64,000 nt of DNA from Phyllobates terribilis (Eukaryota): contig NW_027362761.1 in NCBI RefSeq assembly GCF_046119375.1, positions 494,202,001-494,266,000 of the forward strand, read 5' to 3'. The stretch's first letter is position 1. Each line of letters begins with the position of its first letter. Shown here one piece after another: positions 24,027 to 36,254 of this stretch. The notes below the pieces were generated by a model that saw only the letters and a list, made by a program, of their open reading frames with translations, ran no database searches and was not told where the DNA came from. The position numbers and the translations under genes were made by a program.

Positions 24027-24289
24027 CTGCGCTCCAGTGTGGCGAAGGGAGAAGCGCAGCTGCTTCACTGGGACTTGCGCCGCGGCGGTTCAAGTAATGA
24101 ACGCTGCGTGCGCGCTTCCCTGCATACACTGTGCCTGCGCTTTTAAAGGGCCCGTGCCCCTTAAAACCACATGTTTTTTTGTTTTTTTTTCGTTCTCTTC
24201 TCCCCCTCTCCTCTGCAGCAGGGGGCGGGGCCCACCGGGAAAATTCCTGGTACCCCGCCAGCCCAGTCCGACCTTGGGTTGAAGGTAGA

Positions 24290-25142
24290 AATAAATCCGT
24301 CTATTTGAACCTATACCCTAACATGTTGATCCAGTGTAAGGCAAAAACCCTATAAGACAGACACTAATTGCCCCATATTAGGGGAAAAAGTCTTTCCCAA
24401 CTCCACATACGGCAATCAGACAACGTCCCATCACAGAATCTAGAGCCCATAATCTGTAATATTATAATTTTTAAGAAAGGCATCCAGGCCTCCTTATACT
24501 TTTGTAGTGAATCAACCATTACAACACCATGCGGCAGAGAGTTCCATAGTCTCACTGCTCTACAGTAAAGAATTTGCATCTGCGATTATGATTAAACCTT
24601 CTTTCTTCAAGATGTAGAGGATGCCCTACGAAGGGGTAAAGGAAAATCCAGCAACCGGTCAGCTGATGGTTGTTTTTCATCACATGTAGAGGATACTCCC
24701 TTGTCTTCGTTGCAGGTCTAGGTGTAAAAAGATCATTAGAAAAACCTCTATACTCTTTCCTCTTATATTTGTATTTTGTAATAAAATCAATCTTAACCTA
24801 AGCCTTTGTTTTTCAAACTTCAATAACCACAGATTTGATAACCTGTCTTGGTATTGCAGCTCACCCATTCCCTTAATAACCTTGGTTGCTTTTCTCTGCA
24901 CCCTTTCTAGTTCAGCTATGTCCTTCTTACACACTGGAGCCCAACATTGTTCACAGTATTCTAAGTGTGGATGCACTTGTTCTTGTCATGGGCATCTATG
25001 TCACTTCTATTGCATCTCATGATTGTATTTGCCTTGTCAGCAGCTGCCTGGCACTGGTCACTAAAGTTTAGTTTGACATCCACCCATATGCCCAAGTCTT
25101 TTTCAGTGACAGTTTTACCCAGTGTTCTACAATTTAGTACCT
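24290..25142 (-). mobile_element. CR1 LINE 3' fragment (RT C-terminus, degraded)
   Basis: PHLEYCEQCWAP..KKDIAELERVQRKATKVIKGM and RAVRLWNSLP motifs typical of CR1 ORF2. Confidence 0.88.
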
Positions 25143-25371
25143 TACATTTATACAGTACAGACCAAAAGTTTGGACACACCTTCTCATTTAAAGATTTTTC
25201 CGTATTTTCATGACTATGAAAATTGTACATTCACACTGAAGGCATCAAAACTATGAATTAACACATGTGGAATTATATAGTTAACAAAAAAGTGTGAAAC
25301 AACTGAAAATATGTCTTATATTCTAGGTTCTTCAAAGTAGCCACCTTTTGCTTTGATGACTGCTTTGCACA

Positions 25372-26343
25372 TGTGACACCCCAGGGGTCTGGTTGCCACA
25401 GTGATAGAGATATTATGTCTGAGAGCAGGTGGGAGGTCCTTTGGTCAGGGATCCTGTGCATGCCACACCTCCTGCCCAGTCTTGGGAGGGGAAGAACTTC
25501 CCCTGTATAAACCCGGGGCTGAGGCAGGGTGAGTCAGACAAGGAGAGTGGAGAAGAGAAGCAGCATAGGAAACAGCAGAGTTACAAGGAGTCAGGGGCTG
25601 GCAGCTACAGAGCTCGCCCTGACTAAGAAGATTCTTTACCGGACCCGGAGTCCGAGGCTGTGGGGACTAACTCCTACCCAGCAGCAGAATCCGTCGGGCA
25701 GGGGATTTCAGGTCCTCTGGCCCAGAAGCCCGAAGGCACGGTCACACGCGTGGGACCAGCACCGCCATCGTGGAGCGGAAGCCACTAGAAGGCCCCGAGT
25801 CACCGGCCATACGGGTGAGCACCACACGGTACACTCAGGGACGTGGGCTACTTACATCAGCTTCTAGCAAGGTAGCCAGAAGAGTACAGTCAGTTTGGGA
25901 GGCCTACAACTACGCCTGGCCAGGGGAGATCCCATCTGCTCAAAGACTGACCAGGCCCCGTTTGCTAGCAAGTACTCCGGGAGGGTCTGTCGTTGTTACC
26001 AGTAAAGACCCTGAACTACACCGTACCGTCTCTGAGTGGTTCCTGCTACCCCCATCATCCACGTCGGCTGCCCTGAGGCCATACCCCTCCCGTTGGGGGT
26101 TATACTATCACGCTGCACAATCCTACCACCGGCCTCAGCGGTCTGCCCTGCAGCAGCAGCTTCCCGGCTGCACTCAACGGGTGGCGTAGTCATCAACTAT
26201 TTACTACTAATAGACTGCCGTCTAGTTTGACTCCCTGGGCACGGACCGGGTCACCGCCACGAGATTGCAACCCTCCACGGATCCGGCTCCGGGTAAGCTC
26301 CCGCGTGCGCACCGCAGCGCGACACAGGCCCAGGGGCGCGTCA
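25372..26343 (+). mobile_element. Solo LTR, diverged member of the element B LTR family
   Basis: TGTGACACC...GGGGCGCGTCA with TSD CACA. TATAAA ~25506. AGTAAAGACCCTGAAC and CTCAACGGGTGGCGTAGTC...CCCTGGGCACGGACCGGGTCACCGCCAC match the reverse complement of the 53624 LTR. Confidence 0.88.
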
Positions 26344-26542
26344 CACACTCTTGGCCTTCTCTTGATGAGCTTCAAGAGGAAGTCACCGGAAATGGTTTTC
26401 ACTTCACAGGTGTGCCCTGTCAGGTTTAATAAGTGGTATTTCTTGCCTTATAAATGGGGTTGGGACCATCAGTTGTGTTGTGCAGAAGTCAGGTGGATAC
26501 ACAGCTGATAGTCCTACTGAATAGACTGTTAGAATTTGTATT

Positions 26543-27537
26543 ATGGCAAGAAAAAAGCAGCTAAGTAAAGAAAAACGAGTGGCCATCATTACTTTAAGAA
26601 ATGAAGGTCAGTCAGTCCGAAAAATTGGGCAAACTTTGAAAGTGTCCCCAAGTGCAGTTGCAAAAACCATCAAGCGCTACAAAGAAACTGGCTCACATGA
26701 GGACCGCCCCAGGAGAGGAAGACCAAGAATCACCTCTGCTTCTGAGGATAAGTTTATCCGAGTTACCAGCCTCAGAAATCACAGGTTAACAGCAGCTCAG
26801 ATTAGAGACCAGGTCAATGCCACACAGAGTTCTAGCAGCAGACACATCTCTTCAACAACTGTTAAGAGGAGACTTTGTGCAGCAGGTCCTCATGGTAAAA
26901 TAGCTGCTAGGAAACCACTGCTAAGGACAGGCAACAAGCAGAAGAGACTTGTTTGGGCTAAAGAACACAAGGAATGGACATTAGACCAGTGGAAATCAGT
27001 GCTTTGGTCTGATGAGTCCAAATTTGAGATCTTTGGTTCCAACCACCATGTCTGTGCGACGCAGAAAAGGTGAACGGATGGACTCTACATGCCTGGCTCC
27101 CACCGTGAAGCATGGAGGGGGAGGTGTGATGGTGTGGAGGTGCTTTGCTGGTGACACTGTTGGGGATTTATTCAAAATTGAAGCCATACTGAACCAGCAT
27201 GGCTACCACAGCATCTTGCAGCGGCATGCTATTCCATCCGGCTTGCGTTTAGTTGGACCATCATTTATTTTTCAACAGGACAATGATCTCAAACACACAG
27301 GCCAGGCTGTGTAAGGGCTATTTGACCAAGAAGGAGAGTGAGATGGTTTGGGGTGAGCTGGACCGCAGAGTGAAGGCAAAAGGGCCAACAAGTGCTAAGC
27401 ATCTCTGGGAACTCCTTCAAGATTGTTGGAAGACCATTTCCGGTGACTACCTCTTGAAGCTCATCAAGAGAATGCCAAGAGTGTGCAAAGCAGTCATCAA
27501 ACCAAAAGGTGGCTACTTTGAAGAACCTAGAATATAA
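26543..27537 (+). pseudogene. Tc1 transposase, frameshifted/deleted
   Basis: MARKKQLSKEKRVAIITL..., GRPR, WSDESKF, VKHGGGGVMVW and QQDNDLKH motifs in three frames; the SPDLNPIE segment is deleted. Confidence 0.9.
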
Positions 27538-27817
27538 GACATATTTTCAGTTGTTTCACACTTTATATAATTCCACATGTGTTAATTCATAGTTTTGATG
27601 CCTTCAGTGTGAATGTACAATTTTCATAGTCATGAAAATACAGAAAAATCTTTAAATGAGAAGGTGTGTCCAAACTTTTGGTCTGTACTGTATATATAGT
27701 ACAATGCCGAATATTTCACTTCTTACATTACATGACCGATATCTATTGTAAATTCCACAATAGCTCAGAAACCGGCGAATCCTCGCAGCGCAAAGTGCAG
27801 ACCGGACAGTATAGTCC

Positions 27818-28780
27818 TCAATACAGTATTATGGGCACCACATAGTCCTCCATACAGTATTATGGGCACCACATAGTCCTCCATACAGTATTATGGGCTC
27901 CATATAATGCTCCATACAGAATAGTGGCCCCCATAAAATGCTCCATACAGGATACTGGCCCCCATATAACGCTCCATACAGGATACTGGCCCCCTTATAA
28001 CGCTCCATACAGGATACTGGCCCCCATATAACACTCCATAAAGGCTGTGCCCCCACATAATGCCTCATGCAGGCTGTTCCCCCCATATAATGCCCCACGC
28101 AGGCTGTTCCCCTCTTATAATGCCCAATGCAGGCTGTTCCCCCCATATAATGCCCCATGCAGGATGTCACCCCCTTATAATGCCCCATGCAGGTTGTCAC
28201 CCCCCTTATAATTCCCCATGCAGGATGTCACTTCCCCCCTTATAATGCCCCATGCAGGATGTCACCCCCCTCCCTTATAATGCCCAATGCAGGAGGTCAC
28301 TTCCCCCCCTTATAATGCCCCATGCAGGATGTCACTTGCCCCCCATATAATGCCCCATGCAGGATGTCACCCCCCTTTTAATGCCCCATGCAGGATGTCA
28401 CCCCCCTTATAATGCCCCATGCAGGATGTCACTCCCCCCCTTTTAATGCCCCATGCGGGATGTCACCCCCCCCCTTTTAATGCCCCATGTAGGATGTCAC
28501 CTCCCCCCCTTTTAATGCACCATGCAGGATGTCACTCCCCCCCTTTTAATGCCCCATGCAGGATGTCACACTCCCCCCCATTTTAATGCCACATGCAGGA
28601 TGTCACCCCCCCACCCTTATAATGCCCCATTCAGTATGTCACCCCCCCCTTTTAATGCCCCATGCAGGATGTCACTCCCCCCCTTTTAATGCCCCATGCA
28701 GGATGTCACACTCCCTCTCCCTTATAATGCCCCATGCAGGATGTCACACACACCCCCCCCTCCCATATAATGCCCCATGC
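27818..28780. repeat. Minisatellite array (~31-33-bp units, CCCCTTATAATGCCCCATGCAGGATGTCAC)
   Basis: Visible tandem repeats; reverse complement of the unit at 48905-49650. Confidence 0.9.
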
Positions 28781-30786
28781 CTCCATACATAAAAAAAAAA
28801 AAAAATCAAATACTCACCTCACTTCTCACCTGCTGCCGCTGCTCAGGACTCCTCAGCCGCGCTGGTGTCTCCCCGCTATGCGCTGCCTGTGACGACTCAG
28901 GAGAGGGCACAGTGTAAAGACATCACCGCGCCCTCTGACCTGAGACGTCACAGTGCAGCAGCCGTGGAAGAGACCGGAGCTGCTGCTTAGGCACGGGGAG
29001 AGGTAAGTATTGTGCCGCCGGCTGCCGGGGACCTGAGCAAGCGAGGAGGGAGCGGGCGCTGACACCGCTCTTGACCCGCCCAGGGGATGGGGATGACTCG
29101 GTACCTGGGCCTTTGCCTGGCCTTGGGGATGTCGCGGTGGTCGGCTCCCAGGCCCGTACCCTGGGGTCTCTCTTTAAAAAGGGTGTATTTTTTGTTAATT
29201 TTTATAAAAGTTCGTGACGCCACCTGTGGTATCTGGTGAGGATCACCAGCGCTGCTCAGTCCACTGAGGCCGATGATATGGCAGCTTGATGGTATAGCTC
29301 CCCACAAGTGGAGCTAGGCCTCAGGGCAGCGTATGAAGGGGGATGCAGGACAGGCGAGACCCAGCAGGGTCAGAGCAAGAACAGGGACAGACACGATAGT
29401 CACTTCAGTACCTTTTACTGATGGAAATTCAGGCACATCCCGGAGCACTGTAGGGTGAAGGGTGCATGTCAGGATCCTCCCCAATGAGCGGGTTTAGGGC
29501 CTCCTGTTTCTTGCCTCTGCGTAGTAAGTTTCTGACCTGCCTGGAGCTAGGCCTAACTTTGTCTATGTCCTGCGCTGGCTGACCTTGTGGTAGAGCCTTC
29601 TCTTGGAGTACACGCTGCTCAGCTTGCGGGGCCTATGTGTCTCCCGGCTCTGTTACGTATCAGCACTTTAGCGATCCTGGGACCTGTAGTTCTCCAGGGA
29701 TTCTGGTTATTTCTTACTGGGTCATAGAGATCCCAGTAAGCTTCGGACCCGGTGTCCGGTAAATTCTTCAGGGTGAGCTCCTCTGCCCCCTATGTACTAA
29801 CTCTCCACTTGCCTTCAGCCTACTCGGGCCCTCACTAGGCTACTCACACTAACGGCAGCTTGCTGCGCTTCACCGATCTTATGGCGCTGGCACACCTAAA
29901 GCTCACTTCTCTGAGCTACACCGAAGTCTTGATCTGGATAAGCTCCACTGCAGGATAGCAATTGCAGGAGCTGGAACAGGCTTTTGTCCTCTGAGGTAAC
30001 TCTTCTCAGACTGTACTGGACTCACTGCTAAACCAGACTGAACTAGACTCTTGACTCTGACCGACTGCTGCCTGGCTCCACCTTCCCTTATTTATCTATC
30101 CCTAACGGGCTCCCTGTGGTGGTCTGAGGTGGAAGGTGGAACTGTGTGAATGATTATGGGGGCCTCTTGTGGAGGAATCCATCAATGCACTCTACTAGGA
30201 TCTGTGATACCAAGCGCAGCTGGGCGTCACATTCGCCCCTAGTTAAGCTCAGCACTCCCAGGCTGAAGTACATTTTTTTTTTTTATAAAACAATAATAGG
30301 ATATATGAACAATGCAATAACAATCTTCCCTTTATGGGAGGCACCAATCTTAAACGTTGCATAACAATAACAAATATGAAGTGTCCTCAAAACTCAAGTC
30401 TCTTATGGTGAGGTTCCCAAGAAGGATGTCCATCTCACAGGGTAGAGTACTTGGTGGTTTGAGGGACCTGTCCCAAACCCTCAACGTAGGCCCTGGGGTG
30501 GCTGCAGGGCATGAAGATCCCGTGTTGGACCTCCAAGGGAGCCACTCCTGACAGGTTTTTCTTCTGAGGTCACCTAAAGGGGCACTTCAGGGAGCTCAAT
30601 TATATACAAAAGCAGTTTTTGGGCTGCACACAGTCCTCAGGCACGAAGTTCTTAGGTAAGCAATAAAGGAAATCATTAGGTAAAACGCAAAGTAATATAC
30701 ATATGCATGACAGTACACAATTTATTCAGTGCATTACAATTTTAATACCCCAGGGGTAACTATCTACATTCCAGAAAGTTAACTAT

Positions 30787-33700
30787 TTACTGAGTGTACC
30801 TCACAGGGGGTTTACCTCTCGTGCTACGTGTTGATCTGCGTAGTGTGGTGGTCTGTGGGGTATCAGAGTCTGCATTGTCAGTTACCCTACCAGTTCTACG
30901 TGTGACCAAGTTGTAAAACTGCCTTAACCTCTCTCTTGGACTGGCAAGTTCACCATTGGCTGGGCCCTCTTGCTCTGCTCCTACCGGGGATCCTTCATCC
31001 TCGGATACTTCTTGAGCTGGCTCTTCTGCAGCACTTACAGGTTCAATTTGCTGTGGAGGGTTTTCTGGCTGTTCATAGAATTGGAGTACTGGGATGATTA
31101 TTACTCCTCCTATTTGAGGCCAATCTGTTGGGAAGTCTCCTAGGTCAGTGTGTATCACCGCTTCTTTAGGCTCTTCCGGTTTGGTGAGAGGCACTTCATC
31201 TTGGGATTTCAGTAGGTCTGGACACAACTTTAGGTGGTCCCTGGACACTGTTGTAGACGTTTTTCCTCCATCTCGACTGATTAAGCATGTCTTCTTATTG
31301 TCAAATCTTGACGGCAACACAGTGTAGTGTTCTCTCTCCCACTGGTCATCAAGTTTGTGATTACTTCTTTTCCTTTTCAATACTGTTTCACCAGGTGTGA
31401 AAGGTTCTGCAGGCGCGTTTTTGTTGTAGTGCGCCTCCTGCTTTTCTCTCACCCGAGTGAGACTGTCCTCGACACAGGCTTGTACTCTTCTGTACTGCTC
31501 TTGTCTGGTCGTGTCCCAGTCTTCAGTGGTCATATCAGCTTCAGGCTCGACAACACCAAGCTCCAGATCCATGGGCAGCTTTCCTGGCCTTGCCCGCATG
31601 AGATATGCCGGAGTGCAATTGGTGGAACTTACTGGTATATGATTATACAGATCCACTAGGTCAGGTAGTAGGTCTGGGCGCTGGTTTCTCTTCTCAAGTT
31701 GTATGGTCTTTAGCAGGTCGATGATGATGTTGCTCATCTTTTCGCAGAGACCGTTGGTTTGTGGGTGGTACGGTGTAGTTCTTATCTTTTTACAACCGTA
31801 TAAATGGCAGAACTCCTTGAACAACTCGGCCTCAAAGGCAGGGCCTTGGTCCGTCAGCACCTGCTCAGGATAACCATGGGGTCTACAGAAATAAGCTTGG
31901 AATGTCTTTGCTGCTGTCTCTGCCGTCAGGTCTTTGACGGGGGCGACCACCAGGAAACGTGAGTATTGATCCACCATGGTCAGAGCATAAGAGTACCCTG
32001 ACCAGCTGGGGGACAACTTGACATGGTCCAGGGCCACGATCTCCAGGGGCCGAGTCGTCTTGATGGGTTGCAGGGGTGCCTTGTGGCTGCTGTAGTCTTT
32101 TCTTCTAAGGCCACAGGGTCCACAGTCTCGGCACCACCGTTCAATGGAGCTGCGCATTCCTACCCAGTAGAATCGGCACTTCAGCAGGGTCTCTAGCTTT
32201 GTCCAGCCAAAGTGCCCCGCCTGATCGTGGTAAGCTTCTAATACCATCTGGATGTCTGTCTTCGGGACCACTATCTGCCACACCATCTCATGGGTCTTTG
32301 GATTGACGTACCTCCGACACAGTTTCTCACGGTAGATAAACAGCTGGCTTCTCTCGTTACACAGCTGCTTTGCTTGGAGAGACGCTTCCTTCTCCAGGGA
32401 GGCACGTTCTTGGGTTATCAGCTCCTTGATGCGGCTGACAACCGGGTCGCAGTCCTGGGTCTCTTTCCAGCTGTGGTGAGGCAGGGGGTTTAACGTCTTT
32501 TCACGCTGCTTCCTGGAGGCTCGTTGCTCGTGGATCATCCCACTCCGGTGAAAGGCAGGTAGCTCTATCTCTTCCAGGTCATCCACTTCTTCTTCTGTGT
32601 CTGACTGGTGAGGCATCCTAGACAGGGCATCGGCATTGGCGTTCTTGCAGCCCGCCCGGTATTTAATTGTAAATTGGTAATTTGACAGCCGAGCCATCCA
32701 TCGTTGTTCCAGTGCCCCCAACTTAGCTGTTTCAAGATGGGTTAAGGGGTTATTATCAGTGAAGGCAGTGAACTTACTGGAGGCTAGGTAGTGCTTGAAC
32801 CTTTCAGTGATGGCCCAGACCAAGGCCAGGAACTCCAACTTAAAGCTGCTATAGTTCTCTGGGTTCCTCTCAGTCGGGCGGAGCTTCCTGCTTGCGTATG
32901 CGATCACTTTCTCTTGGCCATTCTGCTTCTGACTTAGAACAGCGCCCAGCCCTTCGTTGCTGGCATCTGTATACAGCAGGAACAGTTGGCTCTAGTCAGG
33001 GTAGGCTAGGATCTCATCGCCTGTCAGGATCGCCTTCATCTCCTGAAACGACTCGGCTTGCTCCTTACTCCAGTGGAATGGGGGATTTCTGCCTTTGGGG
33101 GACTGCCCTACCAGGAGGTATTGCAGAGGAGCTGCTTTCTTAGTGTAGTCTTTTACAAACCTCCGATAGTATCCTACGAGTCCCAAGAACTGACGCACCT
33201 CCTTGAGGTTCTTCGGCTCTGGCCACTTGTGGATGGCAGTGATTTTCTCCAGGTCTGGTGCTACCCCTTCTGGACTGACAATGTGCCCGAGGTACTGTAC
33301 CTTTCTCTTGAGCAGGTGGCACTTTGAGGGCTTAAACTTCATCCCGTACCAGGACAGTGACTCAAATACCTCTGCCAGGTGTTTCAAGTGGTCCTCGTAC
33401 GTTTTGGAGTACACTATCACGTTGTCCAGGTAAAGTAACACAGTCTCGAAGTTGCGGTGTCCCAGGCAGCACTCCATCAATCTCTGGAACGTTCCAGGGG
33501 CATTGCAGAGTCCAAACGGCATACTGTTGAACTCGCTGAGTCCCATCGGGGTGGTGAAGGCCGTCTTCTCCCGATCCTCCTCAACCACAGCTACTTGCCA
33601 GTACCCACTAGTGAGGTCAAGGGTGGAAAAGTAATTTGCAGACTTTAAGGCAGCTAGGGACTCCTCTATGCATGGTAAAGGGTATGCATCTTTAAGTGTA

Positions 33701-34890
33701 ATGCGATTTACTTGACGGTAATCTACACACATTCTCATGCTCCCGTCCTTTTTCCTAACTAGCACTAGGGGAGCTGCCCAGGGACTACAACTATCACTTA
33801 TTACTCCCACCTTTCTCATGTCCTGCAGCATTTCCTTAGCCTTCTGGTAGTGAGCTGGTGGTATAGGCCTGTAACGTTCTTTGATTGGGGGATGGTCGCC
33901 TGTGGGGATATGATGTTGAACCCCCTTAATCCTCCCGAAGTCAAGTGGATGTTTACTGAACACCTGCGAGTATTCTTGAACCACCCGGTGTACACCCTGT
34001 TTTTGATGGGCAGGAGTGGTGTCTGTCCCAACATGGAGCTGTTGACACCAATCCTCCACCTGGGTTGCAGGGTCATTATCCTCCACTTCATCTGGTGAGG
34101 TTAAGGACTCCGCCTTGTGAATGCAGTTGTTATTGACAGCATGTAATTTGGCAACAGTGGCATAACGTGGCAGTCTGACCTCATCTTCCCCTAAATTGAG
34201 AAGACGGATGGGCACCCTCCCATTACGTACATCTACCACTCCTCTGGCGGTTAAGAGCGTGGGTCTGTGCTCGGAGCAAAGGGGTTCTACTACCGCCTGG
34301 TAGCTCTGTCCTCTAAGACCTATAGCAGCTCTACACCAGATGAGAATTTCACTCATTGGGGGGAAGACAATGGGTATGGGGTCTGTTACCCGCATGTTAC
34401 CGATTTCACCGTCTGTTAACTTTACTTGCTGCTGATACATCAGGACTCGGATCTCCCTCTGCTGTGCCCTCCTCTGTCTTGGTCTGGCAGTGTCGGCTAT
34501 CTGTTGGAGCAAGAACACAACTTCTCCCAAACAGTTACCAACAATGTTAGTGCCTAGTACCATATACGGATTGGTGTCATCAGGATTAGTCTCTACTACA
34601 ATTAGCCCTTCAGCTCCACTCTCCCCACCTTTACAGTCACATTCTTAACCCCGAGTAGGTTATGGGGGAGTCCATTTGAGGCATATACAGAAAGATTTGG
34701 AGCTGGCGGACGTAGGTCGTCCATGAACCAGAACCTCTGTGTCCAGCAGGGCATGCGTCGGGATCCCATCCAACAGAATGGACAGGAAAGGTCTTCCTCC
34801 GACGAACCTGTTGTACCAGTCTGATGGGCCTGGTGAGTTTACTCCTGGGTGTCGGCCCTCGGACCCAGGGTTTTCTCGTTTAAAGGACAA
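30787..34890 (-). pseudogene. pol: pol: protease (LLDT, then deletion/frameshifts), RT (YLDN at the YxDD site), RNase H (YTDAS), integrase (HDQAGH..C..C, D,D35E); in-frame TAG at 32992-32994
   Basis: Motifs SPWAAPLVLVRKKDGSMRMCVDYR, FSTLDLTSGYWQV, MPFGLCNAPGTFQR, ENYSSFKLEFLAL, LTDQGPAFEAELF, TTPYHPQTNGLCE. ORFs 32992-34563 and 30787-32907 are in frame and separated by one stop codon. Confidence 0.95.
34826..34884 (-). promoter_or_regulatory. Putative gag-pol -1 ribosomal frameshift signal (UUUAAAC plus H-type pseudoknot)
   Basis: Heptamer at 34878-34884 where the gag (CPLNEK) and pol (SFKREN) frames overlap in -1. Stem CCUGGGU/ACCCAGG; loop GGGCC can pair with downstream GGCCC. Confidence 0.75.
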
Positions 34891-35872
34891 TTCTGGGCCA
34901 TGTGTCCGGTCTTGCGGCAGCGGTAGCAGGTAGGGTCCTTCGGTGGACGGCGCTGGTCACTGGTCCTCGAAGAGGGTGATGTTGGCCTCCTCCTCCTTCG
35001 CATCCAGGGGACATTCTCAGGGCTATCGGCTAACAGGATTTTCCCTCCTTCCTCGGGCTCTGTCCGCAGCTGCAGAGCACTTAGCACAGTGGTCAGGGTT
35101 TTGCTCAACTGACGCACTTCAGAGCGCAGACTGTCCAGCTCTCTAGGGGACATTGCTGGAACCTTGGCTTCAGCAGCCACTGGGGAAAAGGTGGGTGTAG
35201 CAGGCACTGGGGTAGCCCCACCCTGGTAACGTTGGATGGCATTTGTTTCCAGGGGCTGCAGTCCTTTTATAGCCATGTCCTTAAGATTGTCAAAGGTGGC
35301 ATCTGGATGATCCAGGGACCAACAACGCACAGTCCTGCTCTCCTCTGGAGACCTCAGTCCCCGGACAAACTGGTCCTTTAGCATTTTGTTTTCGTTTTCA
35401 ATGCTGGTTGGACTGACCTGTTTAAGAGCCCGCAGAGCCCCCTGTAGACGCCAGGCGTAGTCCCGAACATTGTCCTCCGGCTGTTGGGAACAGCTGTAGA
35501 ACCTCATCCGGAGGTCTGCCTTAGTAAGATCCTCAAAGACAGTCTGTAGTTTTTGGAATATTGTGGACAGTGACTCCTGGTCTGCGGCTGACCATGTTTC
35601 CACTTCCCGTTCCGCAGCACCGGTCAGTTGTCCTAATACGACAGAGGCTCTTTGCTTGCCAAGATACAACATATCTTCCGTTTGAATCCAGACAGGGTAT
35701 CTGGTTTGCCGTTGTACTGGGGGAGCCACTTTGCTCCAGGCAGAGTCATGGGAATGACAGGGGTTACAGGCGCTGCTGGTGGCGCGGCCGCCTCGGCCTG
35801 CCCGGCGTCGGGCGCGGGTTGAACCTCAGGGACGTTGACCAGCATATCGGCGTTCTGCTGTTCGTCGGACAT
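34839..35872 (-). pseudogene. gag: gag (PNMA/Ma-like capsid plus CCHC knuckle CYRCRKTGHMAQNC), frameshift at ~35665-35690
   Basis: ORFs 35633-35872 and 34839-35729 join into a gag (WLPQYNGKP..., QLTGAAEREV, QQPEDNVRDYAWRL, LKDQFVRGL). Confidence 0.9.
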
Positions 35873-36236
35873 TCTGGCGCCCCCCTAGTTAACCGTGGCC
35901 TACCTTCGTAGTTTTTCTTCGGGTAGGCCGCAGCTCCTCAGGTGACGATCGTCTTCAGGACCTTGCGTCGCTTGCGTCCTTCATCAGAGCGTTCAGAGAC
36001 GCTCCTTACAGGACTTGGCGCTTCCTAGTTTGACGTCAAGGCGTGGGGCGTGTCCGGGGCTTCACGCTCTTTTGCAGGTACGCCCCTCAGTTTCCCGCGG
36101 TTACGCCCTTATTCTCGCTCGGCGGCCCAACAATGGCGGCAATCTTCACCACAGTTAAAACACACAGTTTCTGATTAAAGGCGCACAGTACCCGGTGGCA
36201 ACGGGCAAAACACGGCGTCGTTGCAGCGGGCACGCT

Positions 36237-36254
36237 ATCCTGTTCGTGACGCCA
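36237..36254 (-). other. Primer-binding site, tRNA-Ser(CGA type), autonomous Gypsy
   Basis: Minus strand TGGCGTCACGAACAGGAT is complementary to the tRNA-Ser(CGA) 3' end ...ATCCTGTTCGTGACG-CCA (recalled). 8-nt spacer to the LTR. Confidence 0.85.

Larger units (their letters stand above)
17676..24276. mobile_element. Non-autonomous hAT-type element hosting nested Harbinger MITE, Tc1, Tc2-type MITE and a minisatellite
   Basis: TIRs CAGGGTCGGACTGGG / CCCAGTCCGACCTTG. 8-bp TSD AGTTGAAG / GGTTGAAG (7/8 match). Spans the assembly gap. Confidence 0.7.
25153..27690 (+). mobile_element. Tc1-family transposon (second family), interrupted by a solo LTR
   Basis: ~220-bp TIRs CAGTACAGACCAAAAGTTTGGACACACC, TA TSD. 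Confidence 0.93.

Noticed and set aside
22199-24282. Long ORFs (up to 505 aa) on both strands
   Set aside because: Translations of the C-rich minisatellite; repetitive, no domain, and they span N bases.
29072-29080. Non-canonical LTR terminus (TGA start on the plus strand)
   Set aside because: On the element's sense strand the LTRs still read TG...CA, which is canonical.
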